49,202 bases of DNA from Spirochaetales bacterium (GTDB lineage Bacteria; Spirochaetota; Spirochaetia; SZUA-6; JAFGRV01). The notes below the pieces were generated by a model. That model did not search any database. It saw only the letters and a program-made list of their open reading frames with translations, and was not told the DNA's origin. Shown here one piece after another: positions 49,071-49,202 of the stretch. The translations under genes were made by a program, and so were the position numbers. The stretch covers positions 1 to 49,202 of the forward strand of contig JAFGRV010000402.1 of assembly GCA_016934975.1 (NCBI GenBank), in the 5' to 3' direction. Each line of letters begins with the position of its first letter. Position 1 is the stretch's first letter.

Positions 49071-49127
49071 GTCGAACAATGGCTTCAACCCGACTCGCAG
49101 CTGGGTGTGAAGGCGCTAATGTTATTC
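49071..49127 (+). other. attC-like recombination site
   Basis: R'' gtcgAAC, stem cttcaaccc/gggt(g)tgaag with one bulged base, R' GTTattc; 57 bp. Confidence 0.6.
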
Positions 49128-49149
49128 TGTCATATTAAAAGCTGGTAGT

Positions 49150-49202
49150 TGTAAATGTCAAGCACTTTTCCCCACATTGGGGAAAAGAAATTTACCCACC
49201 AC
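49150..49202. mobile_element. Probable IS21-family terminal repeat; the element continues past the window
   Basis: TGT terminus followed by tandem TTTTCCCCAC and TTTACCCAC sub-repeats about 27 bp apart. Confidence 0.55.

Larger units (their letters stand above)
48000..49127 (+). mobile_element. Putative integron gene cassette (GTTATAC core, ORF, attC)
   Basis: GTTATAC at 48000, 43 bp before the ATG; single AT-rich ORF; attC-like site 2 bp after the stop. Confidence 0.6.

Noticed and set aside
1-49202. tRNA or rRNA genes
   Set aside because: No cloverleaf/T-loop signature or rRNA-like stretch was seen in the intergenic regions.

Overview
Bacterial chromosomal window, most likely from a free-living anaerobic spirochaete. 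This is inferred from the prfA-prmC-rel-birA block, the cNMP-TPR/Crp pair and the SH3-like protein. Most of it is housekeeping: a 2-oxoacid:ferredoxin oxidoreductase operon, fabH, ltaE, PMM/PGM, an ABC-F ATPase, an M20 hydrolase and two HPr proteins. The strongest candidate for a poorly characterised system is the operon at 39.7-47.2 kb. It encodes two solute-binding/OmpA fusions with no ABC transporter, a membrane vWA protein, an XpaC-like protein and TelA. It is followed by a RaSEA-like radical SAM enzyme and preceded by a structured leader with a coupled uORF. Other notable items are a sigma54-driven Hsp20 pair with enhancer-like palindromes opposite an HPD-less DnaJ-like gene, an ECF sigma/vWA anti-sigma pair, an orphan RRE-radical SAM enzyme, a DUF4032-HPr fusion and a leaderless brnTA. 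Mobile DNA includes an integron-like cassette with an attC followed by an IS21-type end, an ISAs1 remnant, two AAA/DUF4143 fragments and a REP-like decamer inverted repeat. CCGG is strongly over-represented in resident DNA. All family calls come from motif recognition by eye; no searches were run.
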